DNA of 54,448 nucleotides, the filler included, from Sphacelaria rigidula (taxonomy: Eukaryota): NCBI GenBank assembly GCA_964200075.2. It is 5 parts of 5 records of this genome, joined end to end, with 100 filler letters (N's around TTAATTAATTAA, not from the genome) between each part and the next. Parts side by side here need not be neighbours in the genome. Positions count along the whole stretch, not along the records: positions 43,641 to 54,448 come from CAXNAA020005874.1; 4 more parts are not named here. The stretch is one strand, 5' to 3'. Both the position numbers and the translations under genes were made by a program. Shown here piece after piece: positions 49,169-54,448 of the stretch. The notes beneath the pieces are model-generated. The model did not search any database and had not been told where the DNA came from. It worked only from the letters and a program-made list of their open reading frames with translations. Within the stretch, counting starts at the first letter, position 1. Every line of letters begins with the position of its first letter.

Positions 49169-52087
49169 GTATTGTGCTGATTGATGGTTGTGTGTAGCAG
49201 TGCCACAAGCCAAGGTAGCCATAGGTAGCTACGAAGTAATGCGCGACACGGAGGATAGACAACTCCTACGTAGTGTCTGATCTCCCTCCTTCCCACCACT
49301 CCCTCATATTTCTCGAGATTTGCACACACTTACTATGCCCAGCGTTTGAACTGCATCAACTCTTCCCTCGCTCGCTTGTGGCTGGCGCTCGAATGCATTT
49401 AGGGTGGTTCGACTAGAAGAAAAGCACACGATCAAGATCGAGGAGTATCTTATTGAACACGACAGAGTTGTGTCCTTCCGCCATGCCGCATCGAGCTTCC
49501 CGCATGTACAAGTCCATTCCACCAGCAAGTCTCAAAAGGGAAAGCTGGGCTTTCGTCGCCGTGCGTCTGTTCCTTTGTCCGCTTCGATGCAGGCCTTTCG
49601 CCGAAGTTTGCCTCAGCCGATGGAGGCAAGGAAGAAGTCCGAGTGAGAGACGGCTTAGAGCGGCGCCACAGGCTTTAACGTCGCACGCTCCAACAGCGGC
49701 GGACAGGAGTAGGCCAAGGAGGTGGTCGTAGTGGGGGGGAAGGAAGATCTCCGTAAACTACTGTGCGATTGATGGACCACTATATGGTAGGATGCGCAGC
49801 TGCTAGGCATATCTTCCATGTCTCCGAGAAATCGGTGTTTACAGAATATGCGGCGCCAGGGTCCGGAATCGTCGCTGTTTTCTGTCTTCGGCGTTGTCTT
49901 CATCTTTGTTCGTGATACAACGGTACACGCCGTAGTGCTAGATTGGGTAGAAGTGTGAATACGCGAGGGACGTGAGGGCTGTGCCATTTCTTTTGCCGAC
50001 GTTTCACGGTACGTATTTAGGGGAGGGCTGGGGTTTGAGGGGAATGGGCGAGGGTAGGAGGGGACCACTTTTGTTCCGTGCGCCTCAGGTGTTGAAGTAT
50101 CAAGCAAACATCGTTGGGTTCTTGAGAGAGCAGAGCATTGCCTCCACCAGCTGGTCGTGTAGAGTCGTGTAGAGTCGTGTAGAGTCATTGAGGGGCGAAG
50201 GGGGGGGGGGGTAAGGCGTTATCCCAAGCGTCATGTGTAGTAACAACGTCAAAACGCGGGGGGAGGGGAGATGTCGGGCGCATTACTGCAACCACGCTGC
50301 CGCTGCTTGTGTTTGATCGACAGAGCGGGAAGGAAAGCACAACACTGTCCATCTTCCCATGACTTGAGCAAACCTTTGGAGGATTGGAGGAAGTCCTCCC
50401 CTACTGTTGGTGGGCCACAGACGACGAAGCGGGTGGGGAGCGTTTCGTCACTTTGTAGTAGTACAGTGAATACGCGAGGAGAAAGTAATTCTGTATTGGT
50501 TGCGAGGGCGGGGAGGAGGGGAGAGAGCAGCCGTTGACGTTTCACCACACAATGATGCATTGTGCCGTATCATCCCGCGACACAGATGGTGCAGCTTTGT
50601 TGCGAGTCCCGTTCGCTCTGCTCACCATCATCTCAGTTGGTAAGCACTCGCTGCGAAGTTCTCTTCTTTTTCCGCGTGCCGCCTGATGGTATACTGTACG
50701 TGTCGAGCCAAGAAGTCGCATTGCTCTTGGTGGGCGCAACAGAATTTCGCAAGTGCGTACAATCCTCTGTGATTGTCGGAGGTAGCGATGACATGGTATC
50801 ATCACTGCGGTAGCCGTTCTTGTTGGCATACTATGATCTACATACTGTAGTAGGTATCGGTTATTGTTTGTTGCCTCTTGATGAAATGTTTTTGCATCGG
50901 AGTAAGGATATCCAAATGCTACGGGCCTCATATCAGCGCTGCAGTATGTACGAGCGTCTGCGATGACTTTCGTTTGCAGCCTTTGACGGCCTACGGGACT
51001 CTCGTTGCATCGTGTCAAGGCGATATTTTAGTATCTGTTTCTGTTTGTTCAGCTGGTGTTGAACCAATCCCATCAGCAGAAGGCAAGAGACCCAGCAGGA
51101 AGCGATCAAAATCCAGCAGGTTATTTTCCTTCATTTTCTTCAGAAGCATGTTCAGTAGCTAATTTCAGGACACTGAACACCGCGTTGACACGGTGTTGCC
51201 GGACCTTCCGGTCTTGGAGGGTATAATTACTTGACTTGAGTATGCTCTTGTATGGAATTCCGCCGCAACTTTCCCTGCCCCCCCCCCGAGCTCATCTCCT
51301 TTGCTTCAGCCTCCCCCTGCCTCACGAACATACAAGACTCCAAAGGAATCAACACCGACGAGTAGCGAGAAATAACATGGGGGATCACGCTGAGGCAACG
51401 ACTGAGAAACGTAGCAATGGCAACACCTAACATTTCTGGCCATCGCTGTTAGAATTCATCGGCTGGCTTTGTCGGTGTGAAACTGTAAGACAACGCAGCC
51501 AGTGGTACAGCACAAGCGATGGACTGACTGTAGGCAAGTGCGCGTGGAGCAACGCCGAGAACCAGGACGCCATTAGTCGGACTGATTAGGCACAAGAAAG
51601 ACAGCCAACCCCGGCATCGTGTCGTTTCAAGGCAATGTATCATCAGATCCCGGCGCCCGAATATGGTGGAAACATGACAGAGCGTCTGTATATGCGCGTG
51701 ATCAGTATGTGTGTGTGCTTCCTTCACAGCAGTAGAGTAGTGCGGCAACATGACTCTAAATCATCAATACATGGTTCGACCGAGATCTGCACACAGGTTC
51801 ACTCCGTACGTAACAGCCGTGATTCAGCTGAATCCAACTGATACCTATACATGGAAAATCGACACGTTCGTTTCTGCCTACACGTAACTTATCGCGACAT
51901 CGAAATGCCAGAATATGGCCGGACTTTCGTCCTTCCTACTTGAAACATAGAACAGGGAATCTTGACAAATGGGAACGGACATTTTTATGGAAACAACCCT
52001 TCAGGGGGCGGGGGGGGCTCGAAATCAGGCAAAAAGGTACCTTACTCCCCACCCCTCCCGCTGGCCTCGATATGCATATTTCCTCTA

Positions 52088-52615
52088 CAGTAGTGAGCGT
52101 TCTAACTATTCATTCTGTGGCATTTTGTGATTTATTCGTGATTGGCGCTTTTCGTGGGCTCTTTTCGCTTGCCACTGCTGATCACATGGGGGATCTGAGT
52201 GTATTTGTATCCGCTCCACATTCCAAGAGAAAAATACCATCTGTTCTCAATATTGAGTGACGTACGGGCTGACCGGTCATCGCGGGTCCTGCCACGTTTC
52301 GGCCCAGATTATTACTCTTGGGTATTTCCGGTCGATCGAGCCTGTCCCGATCATATCTTTATGAAATTCTACCTGCTCACTGCACTAGAGCCGGAAAACC
52401 GTGTTTCACGGTCAATAACACCCTCCTGATGAACGGGGCATTTACTCGTATCGCCCGATCACACGAACTAACACTGACTTGGGCACTGTGTTTCGAGGAT
52501 TCTCTATTAAATGTACAAAGATTCACCGACGCTAACACTTTCGAGTTCTATCGAAGAGTTGTACGCGAGGGAAACCCCCAAACACCCCTGAATAGTTAGA
52601 TCGCGCCCACTACTG
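52088..52615 (-). mobile_element. Tc1/mariner-type MITE, 528 bp (copy 2)
   Basis: Reverse-complement homologue of 33327-33876. TIR cagtagtgagcgttctaactattca / tgaatagttagatcgcgcccactactg, with TA on the left flank. Confidence 0.85.
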
Positions 52616-53548
52616 TTTCTTTCTCTACCTCAACGTTTCCCCCGAACTCGCATCACCCCCCCGCCCCGCTGTCGCCCCCTAACTTTTTGCCGTGCTCGGG
52701 GAAATGCGGAACGTACCCCCTATGGCGCTGTCAATGACCCACATTTGTTGGGGTGCCCGCGCTGTCTCCGTTTTGCCTTCAAAGGTACTGTCTAGGAGAG
52801 TGGACGCTTGCCGCAGGTTAAAAGTAAGGCACCTTTGACGAACGAGAGCCTATCATGGTGAAGAGCCGTGATAGGAGGTTTCGGGGCTGCTCGAAGGTAC
52901 CTCAGTGGGATACCGTTTACCAGATCATCACCGAAAACATGAAGACGGGTTTCGACTCCGAATCAGTACTTTCCCTGACCTAAGTCATGACACATGACTT
53001 TCATATGGACGACCTCATGCCCCCCGACCTCCCTGTAACAATTTTTGAGGGCTGGTCGTCTTCCGTTCTCCCGAAGGGTTTTTTCGAAAGAAACATTTTG
53101 GGGCTCAAAACGTTCTCTTTATTCCACCCCGAAACCGGGGCAAAAAGGAGCTCACGCACATACCCCTTGGGGGAAAGGAAAACGGGAAATCCCCAACAGT
53201 AGTTTCAGGGAGGCCGGGGGGCATGTGACCGTCCACACGAAACTCATTTGCCATGCCTTTAGGTCAGAAAAGGAACTGTGTGGGAGTTGATACCAATTTC
53301 AATGTTCGACCTCATTCTCGGAGATGATCTCCTATTTCCTGCAAATTTCACCATGATGGGTTCATCGTGTTGTGTACAGTGTATTACACCCTACCTCTTG
53401 AAGCGCGTCCACTGTCCTAGAATAGTCGTCAAAGGCATAGGGGACACAGCACAGAAACCTCAACAAAGATTGGCCCATTGACAGCGCCACAGGGATCGTT
53501 TTCGCCAAACCCGAGCACCGTAGGAGGTAGAGAGCGACCAAGGGCGGT

Positions 53549-53550
<2 letters not shown>

Positions 53551-53598
<48 letters not shown>

Positions 53599-53601
53599 GT
53601 G
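53551..53601. repeat. (GT)n microsatellite
   Basis: Seen directly. Confidence 0.97.
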
Positions 53602-53605
53602 TATG

Positions 53606-54448
53606 GGGGAGGGGGGACTCATGGTCTTGCATGCCGTAGTCGTATGACCATTGACCTCCCATCCCTACAAGGCGGGGGTGGAGCACGCCGGGTCTCGGCC
53701 GGACCAGGCTCGCAACCGATCACCAAGCGCAAAGCGCCGTGATTGTGTTGGGTGAGTCGCCTCAAGGGTGAACTGTATCCTACTAAAATTGTTCGGCCCG
53801 AAGGGTATCGACTATCTTGCATTTGGATGACAGCTTTGAATGAGTCACTATTTTTTTTCTGATCTCGTCGCTTCCAGAGATGGCCACGCATTACACACTG
53901 CTTCATGGGCGACCCACCATTTATACACCACGAAGTATGACCATCCCCTTTGCGCGGAAATGCGGTTCTCTCACCCCGCACAATATGATCCAGCTCAAAC
54001 ACCGTCGTGGTTACCGCAACAAAACATGCAAGCGCGCAAAAATGACCGGTCACCTGGTTGCTTAGCTTGCGTTGTGAGTGGCGTGTTCTCACAGCGTCAT
54101 CGCCAACCGACTCCAGCCCCATAGAGGGGAGGCCAGGCTAGGGGAGGGGGGTGTACTCATGATCATGCATGCCATAGTCATAGGACCATTGACCTCCCAT
54201 CCCTACAAGGCGGGGGTGGAGCACGCCGGGTCTCGGCCGGACCGGGCTCGCAACCGATCACCAAGCGCGAAGCGCCGTGATTGTGTTCGGTGAGTCGCCT
54301 CAAGGGTGAACTGTATCCTACTAAAATTGTTCGGCCCGAAGGGTATCGACTATCTTGCATTTGGATGACAGCTTTGAATGAGTCACTATTTTTTTTCTGA
54401 TCTCGTCGCTTCCAGAGATGGCCACGCATTACACACTGCTTCATGGGC
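53606..54448. repeat. ~538-bp tandem repeat (about 1.55 copies, runs off the contig end)
   Basis: gacctcccatccctacaaggcggggg at 53653 and 54191; near-identical sequence continues to 54448. Confidence 0.92.

Noticed and set aside
49404-49646. 80-aa ORF as last exon of the unknown gene
   Set aside because: Its nearest AG acceptor gives the wrong phase relative to the donor at 49168; left unresolved.

Overview
Eukaryotic nuclear DNA, most likely from a brown alga or other stramenopile (inferred from GC-rich exons, long GT-AG introns and repeat style). The window is not one locus. It is five contigs of 10811, 10810, 10810, 10809 and 10808 bp in descending size order, joined by artificial 100-bp N44-TTAATTAATTAA-N44 linkers. 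Contig 1 (1-10811) has no intact gene and looks like decayed mobile or viral DNA. It carries three arrays of a ~206-bp unit punctuated by 32-34-bp palindromes, a long inverted duplication, a ~370-bp foldback, and frameshifted relics resembling a Vertnin-type OTU protease, a Ulp1/C48 protease and a CxxC zinc-finger protein. Contig 2 holds the 3' five exons of a Gbp2/Gbp1p/hnRNP-M-like protein with at least 4 RRMs. Contig 3 holds the first two exons of a PDAP1-like gene, head-to-head with an unknown gene. Contig 4 holds the 5' five exons of a CENP-E/kinesin-7 gene with a 53-aa tandem-repeat stalk. Contig 5 holds a multi-exon unknown gene with a possible degenerate KH domain and a ~538-bp tandem repeat. 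Introns and flanks contain hAT and Tc1/mariner-type non-autonomous elements with visible TIRs/TSDs, plus truncated non-LTR 3' ends. All calls are by eye; no searches were run.
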